The notes under the pieces are model-generated. The model saw only the letters and a list, made by a program, of their open reading frames with translations. It was not told the origin of the DNA and searched no databases. 60,171 nt of DNA. Source: Octopus bimaculoides. Lineage: Eukaryota. Shown one piece after another: positions 23,004 to 36,345 of this stretch; positions within the stretch are counted from its first letter, which is position 1, and each line of letters begins with the position of its first letter. The stretch spans positions 17,712,390-17,772,560 of the forward strand of contig NC_069002.1 of NCBI RefSeq assembly GCF_001194135.2, in the 5' to 3' direction. The translations under genes were made by a program, and so were the position numbers.

Positions 23004-23374
23004 GGTGCAGGCGTGGCTGTGTGGTAAGAAGCTTGCTTCTCCAATCACATGGTTCTGGGTTCAGTCCCAGTGTTTGGCACCTTGGGCAAGTGTCTTCTAT
23101 TATAGCCACGGGCCAACCAAAGCATTGTGAGTGGATTTGGTAGACAGAAACTGAAAGAAGCCCATTGTGTATGTGTGTGTCTTTGTATGGGTTTCCCCAC
23201 ACATACACACACACACACACATTGACATCGCTGTAACTTAGCAGTTTGGCAAAAGAGACCAACAGAATAAGTACTAGGCTTAAAAAAAAAAATCCTGGGG
23301 CTGGTTTGTTTGACTAAAACTCTCAAAGCAGTGCCCATCATGACGGCAGTCAAATGACTGAAACAAGTAAAAGA
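23004..23374 (+). mobile_element. SINE family C, full length with an internal deletion
   Basis: GGTGCAGGCGTGGCTGTGTGGTAAGAAGC head through CAAATGACTGAAACAAGTAAAAGA tail. Confidence 0.9.
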
Positions 23375-23876
23375 TACAACAAACTGGAGCTTTGAGCAAA
23401 AGTGAGAAGTTATTATTTCTAGTTTCTTTTTAGTATTAGACGAGGTGGAAGTCTTGAATAACATCGATTATGTCTTTCTTTCTTTCTTTTTTATTTGGTT
23501 GTTTTGTCCAATCAAAAATGGAAGAGTCTATGTTCTGTCATTTAATGAGGATTGAGACGTTGGTTCAATTGAATGATCTGCTCATTGAATTAAGGTGTAA
23601 GTGGCTGAGTATTCCACAGAAATATGTACACAATGTAATATTTGTCAGTGTATGACAAGTACAATCAATCAAGTGAGCTTCTAAACAGTTTCTACTTGCC
23701 CAATTTCCCTCCCAAGATATGGGTCTACCCGAGGCTTTTTAAGATGACACCAAAATGCACCCAGCTTCTGTGACCAAACCTAACACTGGTTGCTAAGCAG
23801 TGATGGAGGACAAACACAGACATGAAGATATACACATGCATGCATGCGTGCATGCGTGCATGCACACACACACACA

Positions 23877-24107
23877 GGCGGCAGGCTGGCAGAAACGTTA
23901 GCACGCCGGGCGAAATGCTCAGCGGTATTTCGTCTGCCCGCTACGTTCTGAGTTCAAATTCTGCCACGGTCGACTTTGCCTTTCATCCTTTCGGGGTCGA
24001 TTAAATAAGTACCAGTTACACACTGGGGTCGATATAATCGATTTAATCCGTTTGTCTGTCCTTGTTTGTCCCCTCTGTGTGTAGCCCCTTGTGGGTAGTA
24101 AAGAAAT
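23877..24107 (+). mobile_element. tRNA-derived SINE, family A (full length)
   Basis: GGCGGCAGGCTGGCAGAAACGTTAGCACGCCGGGCG...GAGTTCAAATTC...CCTTTCATCCTTTCGGGGTCGATTAAATAAGTACCAG; many CpGs retained, suggesting a young copy. A family C head (minus) abuts it at 24125-24242. Confidence 0.92.
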
Positions 24108-24399
24108 AACACACACACACACACACACAAGGCTTTGGTTGGCCCAAGGCTGTAGTAGAAGATACTTGCCCAAGGTGCCATACAGTGGAATTGAACCCAG
24201 AACCATGTGGTTGGGAAGCAACTTTCTTACCACACAGCCATGTCTGTGCCTAATTTTTATGCTCAGTGTTGTGATTTAAAACAGTTGAAATATAATCCAC
24301 ATTAAATGTTTAAGTCGATCGACTTATCTGGCACGAGATCTATAAACATCAAACTTAAGCAGCTGAGAATCAACTCAAATGCCATTGTGTCTTGTTTAA

Positions 24400-24591
24400 C
24401 CCTTTAGCATCTAATCTGGCTATACCCAGCCCAAATATTCTGCCTGGCTAGATCCTGCCTCTCACACCTACCCTACAGTGTCATTTTGAAAATATACAGT
24501 CACATTGTCAAAATCTCAAGGCTACAAGATAATAATTGATTAGTTGAAAATGAACAATATATTTGACAGAGTAATCTGAATGCTTAAAGGG
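24400..24591. mobile_element. piggyBac-type MITE
   Basis: TTAA|CCCTTTAGCAT ... ATGCTTAAAGGG|TTAA: TTAA duplications at 24396-99 and 24592-95 with CCC/GGG terminal inverted repeats. Confidence 0.85.
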
Positions 24592-25221
24592 TTAACTAGT
24601 CTTTCTGAATTTATGGTCTTTTCACAGCAATTCTTCACCCATGGTAAAAAGGAGAGTGACAGTAGTATTCCAATTTTCCATGTTACCAATAATATTAATA
24701 ACAATCCTTTCTACTATAGGCACAAGGCCTGAAATTTGAGGGGAGGGGATTAGTTGATTGCATCAACCCCAGTGTTTAACTGGTACTCATTTTATCAACC
24801 CTGAAAGGATGAAAGGCAAAGTTAATCTCAGTGGAATTTTAACCCAAAACTTGAAGACAGATGAAATGCCACAAAGCATTTTGCATGGGATGCTAATGAT
24901 CCAATGATGATGATGATGATGATGATAATAATAATAAGAATAAACAATTAGAAGAGTATGATGCAATTGATAATAAATAGAGATTGACCCTGTTGTTTAA
25001 TGAACTGAACAAATTGAACAATCTTTCAACAGATTGTCTGTTTTTCTTGGGTCCAAAATGTAAAATGAAAAAATAAAGCAAAAATACAGAAGTTCAAAAT
25101 ATGAACAGGAATATCCTGCATTCCTTTTTAGAAAACATAAACAAGATCAATTTTCACCATTTCATAACTGGTGACAAGGAAGAAGAAAGAAAGAAAGAAG
25201 ACAGAAAAGAGAACACTAATA

Positions 25222-25440
25222 ATAGGTTTGAGAAATTTGTTGGAAAAACTGAGATTGATATGAGGATTGAGCATGCTCAGAAAACTGCTTTATCAAGGAC
25301 AGTGAGTATTTTGAAATTGGTACTTGTATGTTAAGTATCACAGAAGACCCTGTGAGATCCTTGACAACAGCTGGTTGCCTGCTCTTACAGAATTAGCTAG
25401 AACAAGTGAAATCAAGAGCTCTGAGAAATGAAATGAAATC
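25222..25440 (+). mobile_element. R4/Dong-type LINE extreme 3' end
   Basis: RFEKFVGKTEIDMRIEHAQKTALSRTVSILKLVLVC* resembles the QKTALLGTARILR C-terminus of RLE-type LINEs; the 3' UTR is homologous to 42017-42245. Confidence 0.75.
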
Positions 25441-25536
25441 ATCATCATCATCATCATCGTCGTTTAACGTCCGCTTTCCATGCTAGCATGGGTTGGACGA
25501 TTTGACTGAGGACTGGTGAAACCGGATGGCAACACC

Positions 25537-25547
<11 letters not shown>

Positions 25548-25620
<73 letters not shown>
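25548..25620. repeat. (AAT)n microsatellite
   Basis: Directly visible. Similar tracts at 6481-6530, 9385-9428, 25980-26022 and 38470-38553. Confidence 0.98.
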
Positions 25621-25622
<2 letters not shown>

Positions 25623-25980
25623 GAGCACTCAGAGAGTGCAAACATCAGCCAAGGCAACACCAACATCCTCTCAACGATTAGCTGGAGATGATTTTTAAAA
25701 TGAGAATATCTGAAATAAACTTGACTGCTCTCACAAACAAGAATACTAAAAATGACGCTGACCACGCTCAAAAATTAAGTAAAAAAAAAGTGGAAAAATA
25801 ATCCAGAATCCTTGTCCAGTACCAGATCGATCCCAAAATCTAATCAGTTTGTGCCAGTCATGAGGCCAAACATCCCAGAAAGTTTCATCCAAATCCATGA
25901 AGCAGTTCTTGAGATATCTTGTCGACAGACAAACAAACACGACTGAAAACAATACCTCCGCCTTCACTAAGGTGGAGGTA
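25621..25980. mobile_element. DINE-1/HINE-like non-autonomous (Helentron-related) element inserted in (AAT)n
   Basis: Terminal hairpin CCTCCGCCTT-CACT-AAGGTGGAGG at 25955-25978; adjacent ACAGACAAACAAAC microsatellite-like core; the other end AAGAGCACTCAGAGAGTGCAAACATCAGCCAAGGC carries a decayed subterminal inverted repeat; no TSD beyond the microsatellite. Confidence 0.55.
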
Positions 25981-27239
25981 ATAATAATAATAATAATAAT
26001 AATAAAAATAATAATAATAATAATGGTTTCAAATTTTGGCATCAGGGCAGCAACTTTTTCATACTGACCCTAGTACTTGACTGGTACTTTATTTTATCAA
26101 TCCCAAAAAGATGAAAGACAAAGCTGACTTCAGCAGTATTTGAACTCAGAATATAAAGAACCAGAACAAATGCCATAAAGTATTTTGTCTCGTGTGTGAA
26201 TGATTCTACCAGCTTCAAATTTTGGCACAAAGCCAATGGGTTTGAGGGGAGGTGGTTAGCCAAAACCATTGGCCCCAATACTTGACTGATTGACTTTGAA
26301 AGGCTGAGAAGCACAACTGACTTTCATGGAATATATCAACTCAATGGGATCTGAACACATAACAAAGAGATGTAAGATATACTGCAAAGCATTTTGTCTG
26401 ACACTAATGATTCTGCCATTTCATCATCTTTATATAAGGTGATTATTAAAAATAAATCTAATATATATCCACAAAAATCTTTCCTAGTGACTCCATCAAA
26501 TTTAAGTAGTAGCCATGGGTGTCATGTAAGAAAACATAATTCAATGATATACTGCTTCCAAGGAAAGCAATAGTAATTGTGGTGAAATTGGTCATTTCAT
26601 GAGAGTTTGCCACTCTCAGACTGTTCGTAATTTAAGTAAGGAATAAACTGAAAAAGCAGATGTTTTCATGGAGTAATAGTAACTATGTGATTCTATTCTC
26701 TTGAAATCAACCAAAGAAAGATGTTAAAATGAATTTGTCAACCAAAGAGAATACCTGTAGCTACGCAAATGGATTCTGATGTTGCCAGAAAATACTACTG
26801 TCTTGTCGGGATCACCAATTAAGCCTTCATTACATAGCTTCCTATTTCATTTAGTGAGAATTACAGATTATTGGCCAAATAGACTGCATTATCAGTTTCA
26901 ATAATAATTCTCACTCTCATCGCTGTGTAGTGGCTAAAAGTCCCCATAATTATGGATTTATTTGATTTACTCAATATTCTCTCTTTGTTTCAACTTAAAT
27001 GAAAATATAAGTCAATTAGTAATTTCATAGGATTAATTGCTTTGATTCCTTTCAACTGAAGATAAAATTTATGACAGCTTAGCCAGGAGTTGTTTAATTG
27101 AAAAATAAAGTTAATAATGAATTAATAACATTATAACAGAGGAGAATAATTACCTCATGAAATGTTATGAGTCCTCAATTCCTGATGGAATAATAGAGAT
27201 GCTTTGTGACATACAGTGTGTCTTGGACATTTTTACACC

Positions 27240-27290
27240 TAGTGGAACCCATCCTTCTCCAGATCTGACTGCAAGTGATTTCTTCCAGAA
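27240..27290 (+). mobile_element. Tiny Tc1/mariner transposase remnant
   Basis: Translation HPSPDLTASDFF resembles the mariner HPPYSPDLAPSDF motif. Confidence 0.35.
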
Positions 27291-28166
27291 AAAGAGACAA
27301 ACAGAAAGAAAGAACAATCAACTCCAGTACTGAACCGGTATTTTATCAACCCCAAAAGGATGAAAGATAAAGTTGACCTTGGCAAGATTTGAACACCAAA
27401 TGCAGAGAGCTGTAACTATTATCACCCAACCTAACCAATGTTCTAATGACTCTACCAATAGGCTATCTACTAATTAGTTACAGCTGATACGAAAGTTTAA
27501 GAATGAACACACAGTCAGAACACCTAAAAAGAAAGGAAGCTCATGTATGTACACAGATTATAAACCATGTCTAAATAATAGTCTACAGGCATTTAAGTAT
27601 CCAGCTTCAAAAGTAGAAACCATGCTTACAGGAATGAAAGGCACCTTTTCTTTTCTACCCCAAGATTGACCCAATATTTGTTTATGTACCCAATTTGGTA
27701 AATTGGTAAATTGAAGTTGCTGAACAGCAAAGGCATATGCATGATTAATACCAACCTTGATCTCTTCAGAGTAAAAAGATTTCAAATAAGCTTGAATTTG
27801 ATGCCATCTATGGCCAACTTTTCTCTTCATACATTTACACCTTGTCATACATTGCACAGGCACATACATACACACACATACATACACAAATACCTATACA
27901 AGTACATACATATACATATGTATACACACATACAAATACACACACACACATACACATGCACACATATGCACCCATACATACCTGTATGCGTATGCATATA
28001 TATAAATATATATATACATATATATATATAGATCGNNNNNNNNNNNNNNNNNNNNNNNNNNNNNNNNNATATATATATATATAAGAGGGTTGACCACTAA
28101 GTGGACATCCATTTTGCTAGAAGAAGACCACTTATGGTCTGACCAGTAAGAAAAGATTGTTCTCAA

Positions 28167-28431
28167 GAAAATTCAGCAAACACCAGAATGCGCCAGAATG
28201 AAGACTTTTGAAATAGAACCCCAAATGTAATTAGTAGAATTATATACATGTTCAATTTCATGTGGACGTCTCGTGTATTGTTCTGCAAATTATATTGCCA
28301 AGACGATCATACCGAAGAGTTGCAGACAATTACGTAAGTGATAACAACGAAACCGGTCTGTGATTAATGTTTGTATTTTGTCTCTTTTCTTTTGTCTTGC
28401 TCGCTTACGTTCTGGTGTTTGCTGAATTTTC
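28167..28431 (+). mobile_element. Short non-coding element with perfect 22-bp terminal inverted repeats and an internal hammerhead (Penelope pseudo-LTR or retrozyme-like)
   Basis: GAAAATTCAGCAAACACCAGAA at 28167-28188 is the exact reverse complement of 28410-28431; hammerhead fold at 28306-28364. Confidence 0.7.
28306..28364 (+). ncRNA. Type I hammerhead ribozyme fold with U4C core variant (CCGAAGA)
   Basis: Stem I ATCATA 28306-11 / TGTGAT 28359-64; CCGAAGA 28312-18; stem II GTTG / CAAC; GAAA 28349-52; palindromic helix III ACCGGT; GUC triplet 28356-58. Confidence 0.72.
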
Positions 28432-28559
28432 AGACAGGACACTAATATCTTCTTGGAAAATGGCCCTGCTCCATTTGTAGATAAAGTATAAGTAGAAATT
28501 ATATACAGTGTGCTCAGTAAAAACTATGAACACATAAGAGATGCAATGGAGTCATAGGA

Positions 28560-29270
28560 AGGTTAACAGAGAAAATAGACTGTTTGTGGTAGATGTGCAA
28601 GAGCAATAATCTATTTAATAAAAGCACACAGAAAATAGATATTCTGAAATGTCAAGAAGGCTTTCTAATAGTAGTAGGTAGTTTCTGTTATGTAAGTGAC
28701 CTAATTAGTACTAGAGGACGATACTCACAAATTATAGTCGCTAGACTGAAAATTGGCTGGAGAAAGTTTAGAGAGTTATTACCTTTGTTGGTAGCAAAAG
28801 GCCTATCTCTCAGAAAGAAAAGCAGACTGTACGATGCTTGGACAAAAAAATCAATGCTACATGGTTGTGAAACTTGGGCTGTGAATGCAGAGGACATGAA
28901 GACTAGAAAGAAATGGAGCTAGCATACCCTGATGGATGTGCAATGTTAGTGTGCATGTAAGACAATGTACAAATGTGCTGTGAGAAAAACTTGGGCATAA
29001 GAGGCATCAGATGTGATGTGCAGAAGAGAAAATTGCACTGGTATGGTCATGTGATGTCATGGGACGGATGAGGACAGCTGTATAAAGAAGTGCTAAACGC
29101 TAAACATGGAAGGAACCTGTGGATGAGGAACACCAGACCTTGGAAAACATGGGATAAACTGGTGGAGACTAACCTCAAGATATTCAGCCTCTCAGAGATG
29201 ATGGGGGTCCGAGATGATTGGCAATGTGCTGTGCTTAGGAAGATCCATCCAGCTCAGCAGAATTAGGATT
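28560..29270 (+). mobile_element. RTE LINE ORF2 C-terminal part, decayed
   Basis: SFCYVSDLIS...IGWRKFRELLPLLVAKGLSLRKKSRLYDA...SMLHGCETWAVNAED, then LHWYGHVM; colinear with 47760-48400. Followed by a CT-rich UTR, (CT)n and a D tail to about 29770. Confidence 0.9.
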
Positions 29271-29489
29271 CTGTCAAGCCTTCCCCAACAACTCATCTTG
29301 TAACATTCACTCTTCTTTTAATCTTCTATCGCTTATGCCTCTCTGCTGAACTAATATCTACTGCATCCAACTCATCCCCTATCTCTAGTCATCTGTCACA
29401 CTATTTTTACTCAGTGCACTTACCTACATGTCCACCTTTCTGCTCTTCTGTCTTATTCTGTCTCATATTCGCCTTGTACCTGAATCTCA

Positions 29490-29547
<58 letters not shown>

Positions 29548-29879
29548 GACGAGCAAGCTACGTATACTTAGTGAACTCACCAATGATGGAGTCACATAAA
29601 AAGTACCCAGTACACACTGTTAAATGGTTGGTTTTAGGAAGAGCATTGAACTGCAGAAACCACGCCAAAGCAGACATAGAATCTGGTGCAGCTTCTTGCT
29701 CATCTGTTCTTGTTGAACCATTCAACCCATGCCAGTATGGAAAAGGGGGTGTTATATGATGTTGGTGATGATATATATTATATATATATGTAGTGCTCCA
29801 GCATAGCCACAGTCAAAATGACTGAAACAAATAAAAGAGTAAAAGAATAAGTATACATACACACACACATATATACATA

Positions 29880-30829
<950 letters not shown>

Positions 30830-31538
30830 ATATGTATTATATATATATATATACATTTATGTACATATATATATATATATATATACATATACACACACAC
30901 ATATAAACATGCATGTATACATGCACTCCCCTACACACACACACACATTAACAAATGAAGACACACATAGCATTTATGTGTATTGATTTTTACTATACAA
31001 ACATACACATACTGTATTTATATATTATGTTTATAGCTAGTTAGGCTCAGAAACCATATAAAATTGCTATGCATAGATAACAGTATACATTAATGCATTT
31101 AAGCATACACATACTGGAAATCTACACATGCACTCCAACACAAACATACATGTGCAATCAGAATATTTATGAATGCTTCTAGATGTTTAGGTAGTGAAGC
31201 TACACTGAAGCTATACTTGTGTGATGTATGTGAGTATATATGGTGTCTATATATGTGCATATACATGTACATGCATTTGTGAAGTAATGTACATTTAACA
31301 TATTTAGATTTCGGAGTATAAGCACATAAATTTACATACACATTCCTGCATATACTGACCAACACACTAACATGTACTCACTGAGAAAGACATTGTATTT
31401 GCATCATGAATATTTCTAGGTTGGTTAGGTTATATGAGCATGGAGTTGATATATGATGATTTTACTACATTGTAGGTGTGTCTTTGCCTATGTCCGTGTT
31501 TCTATCAAAATGTGTATGCTTATCTGTTTACATGTGTG

Positions 31539-31586
<48 letters not shown>

Positions 31587-31939
31587 TATACCTGTGTGTG
31601 TGTGTACCTATGTCAAAATATGTACCTGTATATGTTGGTCCATTAGTATATTATATGTGTTTGTCTGTGCCCATACTTCTGTCAAAATGTGTATGTATAT
31701 CTGTGCAATACTATATAATGTATGTGTTAAAATGTGTATGTATATCTCTCTCCATCAGTGTATTATGTACGTTTCAGAATGTGTAAGTATATATTTGTCC
31801 ATTATTATATAATATGTGTGAGTGTGTCAAAATACATACATATATTGGTTTGTCCATAAGTATATTCTCTGTGTGTTTGTCTGCATCTGCTCTTCTATTA
31901 AAATGTGTAGGTATAACTGTTTGTCCATTAGTATATAAT

Positions 31940-31991
<52 letters not shown>

Positions 31992-32467
31992 CTATTTATC
32001 CATGAATATCTCCCAACTTTCTTGGCCATTCTTCACCAAACCTGACATATCAATTCTACAAACCACAAACATTGCATAAGAGGTTATGTAAAAGGATTAC
32101 ATGATATTCCTTATGAACAGTGAGAAATTTCAATATCTGAAAGAAATGATTGCTTAAGTAGGTTGTTGATACCTGTGACTTGATAAAAGTGAGGTGGCTC
32201 TTTTAACCACAAGAGAAATACCATCCTATAAATTTAGATTTTACACTTCAGGGACCATTTTCTCTTTTAAATTCTTAATTCCATCTATTCCATAATATTT
32301 TCACAATAAGAAAGACATAAATACAGATGAAAAATTCCCAGAATGTCCAAATCAAGATCACAATATTCTATCAACAGATTCAACTGTATACTGTTGTTTA
32401 GAGTCTGGCCAGCTCTGACTGAGCAGAGCTACAATCAAAGGCATTCCTGCAAGATTTTACCAACTTC

Positions 32468-33120
32468 TCAATATCTAGATCCATTTTTGGCCAGGAAACA
32501 TAACTCCTCATCAAAAACAGTATAGCATTTTCTTTCATTTGAATTTTTGCCTGTTTCAGTGCAAAGAACCAACTTATCAGAAAAAGATTTCAGGAAAAAC
32601 TTTTTTAATTCTCTTTTTAAATCCTCTGATGCCTTATCTGTACTGGTGGAAGAACCATTCACATTTTTACAAAAAATATTTTTGGGGAGGTCCCATAAGT
32701 TAAATAGTTCCATCCAGTCTGTTCCAAATAAATTTGTCGTATTTTTCAACACAAAATCTTTGGCTTTCAAGGTTTTTCCATGAATTGTAATATCACTTAT
32801 CATTTCGCCCATAAAATGCAGTTTTTTTTCTGAAACACCTTGCACAATTTTCGAACTTTCCTTTAATCTAGGTTTCCCTATTTTTCTCCATGTATCTGTA
32901 TTAATTATCATGACATCACTGCCTGTATCCAATTGTAACTTGATATTCACATTATTCATTTTTATGAACACAAATTTTCTTTTCTGAGCCTTGCTTAGAA
33001 TTTTTGTTAACAATATATTCTTTCTAGATTTTTTTTTTTTTGACCCTTTCTTTTTTATTTCGCTATACAATGTGAGTTTGTATGTCCGATTTTGCCACAC
33101 TCAAAGCATTTACAATTTTT
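32468..33120 (-). mobile_element. Ty3/Gypsy fragment: gag zinc knuckle plus aspartic protease
   Basis: CFECGKIGHTNSHC (CCHC, 33108-33067); after a frameshift IKMNNVNIKLQLDTGSDVMIIN...NLFGTDWMELFNLWDLP. Same family as 51405-53715. Confidence 0.92.
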
Positions 33121-33329
33121 AAAAGAACATTTACTTCTAAACTGTAAACTTCCACACCTATAGCATGGATTTAGTCTTGACATTTGTTTTTCCTTTTTCT
33201 TATCTATTTCAGGTTGACACGCATGTATCTGAGAGCAAATGGCGAGCCTCTACAACTTCAAGTTGCATGTCAAGAGGAAACACCCAATGCATGCCATCTA
33301 GTTTGAGGAGAGGATCAAAGCTGGCTCTT

Positions 33330-33830
33330 CCCATGGAAAACACAGGCAATCTTCTGGTAGCAGTGCCAATAGCCAGTCACTGTACCAGTGGCTTCATAAC
33401 ATATAATGATAATTTCTTTCTAGCTCCCCTGTATTCACGAATCCTATCTTTCGGGACATATCCAGAGAATCGCATGCAGTGAATGAAGTTCTGTACATGT
33501 TTCCTTGTTTCACAGGGTTCGCATAGGGTTCATAGGGTGCACATTATTCAGTATCCTAAGTCTGCTATCAGTATGTTGATTTTCATATTGTATGACAAAG
33601 CTGAGCTCTTGAGAACAACATATTTAAAAGTTATGGGCTTCCTGTAATAGGAGTAGAGGAGTTGCACTCTGTTGTTTACAGTTTCTAACCAAAGTTCAGT
33701 ATCAAGGACAGGGAGTTTATTGTTAGGGTGCCTAGTGGGGTAATCTATAGTTACCTTGATACTTTGGTCGATGGAGTTAGCTACGTGCTGGATGCTATCC
33801 ATTATGCTCCTCTTGGTTTCTACACTACAT
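33330..33830 (-). mobile_element. Penelope-like RT C-terminal fragment
   Basis: ANSIDQSIKVTIDYPTRHPNNKLPVLDTELW...YSYYRKP...SSALSYNMKINIL...CMRFSGY resembles the PLE RT (T.D.P......LP.LD...YY.KP...SA...K...RM..SGY). Confidence 0.8.
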
Positions 33831-36009
33831 TTACTAGGGTTTGTCCTAACTAGAATGTTAGGACAAATGTTACATACCTACAGTAAAGCAATACAGTTGC
33901 GGATTGTTCAGCTATAATAATAACAGTTTTTATTATAAATGATCTTGACTTCTTTTTACTTTACATAAAATACTCTTTACATTCTGCTGTTGCTTTATTG
34001 CCATTTATTTACAAGTATTATAAATTTTACAGGTAAATATTTTTCTGGGAATGAATTAAGATTTATAACATTGCTACTATGCGAAATTATTGCGCTGCTT
34101 TACGAGTTTTTGCTTTACAAGCTGTCTCCAGAAACAAATTAACTTGTATATTGAGGCATTATTGCATATAAAAAAAAGTTGACACTCATTTATAAAGATG
34201 GTAGATCGTTGTAATCTGAGGAAGATTCTTCATTTACTACTTTTAGCCTGTTGAATGATGTTCACGAAAGCATAATCTTGATTGAGGATATCCAGGAAAA
34301 AAATCCAGATGAAATGCAAAACTGAAATCAAAGGCTGTTAGAATGTCTGCAGATAAGAACTACTTTAAGACAGTTGTTACAAAAAGCTGATTCTCAAAAA
34401 TTATCACCATCATCATCATCATTTAACGTCTGCTTTCCATGCTAGCATGGGTTGGACAGTTTGACTGAAAACTAGTAAGCCAGGAAGCTGCAATTTTCAG
34501 TCAAACTGTCCAGCTTGTAAACCCAGAGGAACAAGGAGAGATACTAACGTGATTACAAGGAACTGTAAACCAAATTGAATTTTGGTTGCAATGAAGACGA
34601 GAAAAGCTGCATCGTACTGACAAGAAACTGAAACCCAATTTGAAAGATAGTTGAAGCAGTGACGATTCCAGGTACTTAAACCAGAGCAAGTAATTTCAAA
34701 AACCAAAACCTTGCAACTGAAATAAGGTACATATACACTAAGTGTACCTACTTTTCAGAAATGCCTCAGAAAAATCAAAGATTTAAATTAAAATCAGATT
34801 TTGTCATTTGTATGTATTACATGTGTTGTATTAATGCAGGAAACCCCTCTGGTTAAGAGGTCTTCAGCAACAAGAAATGAGACAAAAAGAAACTTGCTGA
34901 GAGAGAGAGAGATTTACATATGCAAGCTCACGCTATATGGGACTGATGCTTTTTCATTCAATTGGAGATATTGATGAAATGAACAAAATTTTGTGAATGT
35001 GAGAATGTGATACTAAAATAAAGCAGACAACCTCTAATGGCATGAATCATTCTGGAAACAATAGCTCTTGTAGTTGCTTTAGCTAACATTATAATGACCC
35101 TTTCTTTGAGCTAATAGGCAAATCTTATATGATTGACCAACCAACCAACTAAAAATAGCAGCTGAATCTCTTTCAAATTACACCCATCTTAAAAAAACAG
35201 TGCACTACATAATATAATCTTGTTTAAATTGTTACTGAAAAACAAAAAGATTATGTATTTATGGCAGAAAAGGTGTTGATTAAAGGCATGATCAATCAAG
35301 GTTTACCTAGGGCTAAATAACAACACTAATATCAATAACTCCTGTTTTCTAGGAGAAAAACAGTGCATTTATTTTATGTTTAGATTGACTCTGAAGCCAG
35401 GATATTATGGTTAAGTTGTCTGTAATATTAAGAATGGTACACCTGCTACCACAAGATTGCTACTAAAAATATATAAGGCAATTTTGGCAAGGATGATTGC
35501 ACCATGTTGCACAAACAGTTATCACAAAGGTGAGTGGGATGTCATCTTTGATATCACTCGACCAGCAAAAAATAGTAAAGCAATCTCTCAAGTTACATTC
35601 TATCATTATTGCATGATATTTGTAAACAAGTATCACCATCATATAAGTGGTGTTGTTTATTTCCAATCTTCTGAGAAAATATGTCTGGCCATGGGGGAAA
35701 TATTACCTTGCTTGAAGAGGATTGGCAACAGGAAGGGAATCTAACCATAGAAAACCTGCCTCAATAAATTTTGTCTGAAACATGCAAGCATGGGAAAGTA
35801 AAAGGGTAAAGACGCCCTTCAGTCATGAATGACCTTAGGATTGCAACCATGGTCAATGTGAACTGGAGTGAACTGGAGCAACATGAAATAAAGTGTCATG
35901 CTTAAGAACACAACACAGCCTAGTTCAGGAATTGAATTCACTACCTCATGATTGTGAGCCCTAACCACTGAGCCAAGCACCTTCGTTGTTTATATATTTA
36001 CTACATAAA

Positions 36010-36345
36010 GGGTAAAAACCCCATTTGGTCATGAATGACCATGGGATTGCACCTAGAAAGTTACCCTCCAAGACACAAGTCCAGGCAAGGTTCTTTACCA
36101 AGGACCAGCTATCGACCATGCATACCAGCCTCCCCTCTCCATGCCATCAGTGTTATCCAAGGGAAAGGCAAAGGCTGATATAACTTGGTACCAGTAACGT
36201 CACAACCCACTTCTAAAGTTGAGTAAACTGGAGCAACATGAAATAAAGTTACTTGCTCAAGAACGCAACATAGTCCAGTCCAGGAATCGAACTCACTACC
36301 CCATGTTTGTGAGTCCAATATTCTAACTATTGCAGCAAGCACCTT
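36010..36345 (-). mobile_element. tRNA-derived CORE-like SINE, family E
   Basis: Reverse complement has GAGTTCGATTCCTGG (box B), GTTGCGTTCTTGAGCAAGTAACTTTATTTCATGTTGCTCCAG (CORE-like) and a 3' GGTGCAATCCCATGGTCATTCATGACC end. A shorter copy lies at 35805-35985 and a head at 41775-41860. Confidence 0.8.

Noticed and set aside
26755-26840. Possible minus-strand exon KLCNEGLIGDPDKTVVFSGNIRIHLRSY ending CAG|GTA
   Set aside because: Poor polypyrimidine tract and no recognisable homology.
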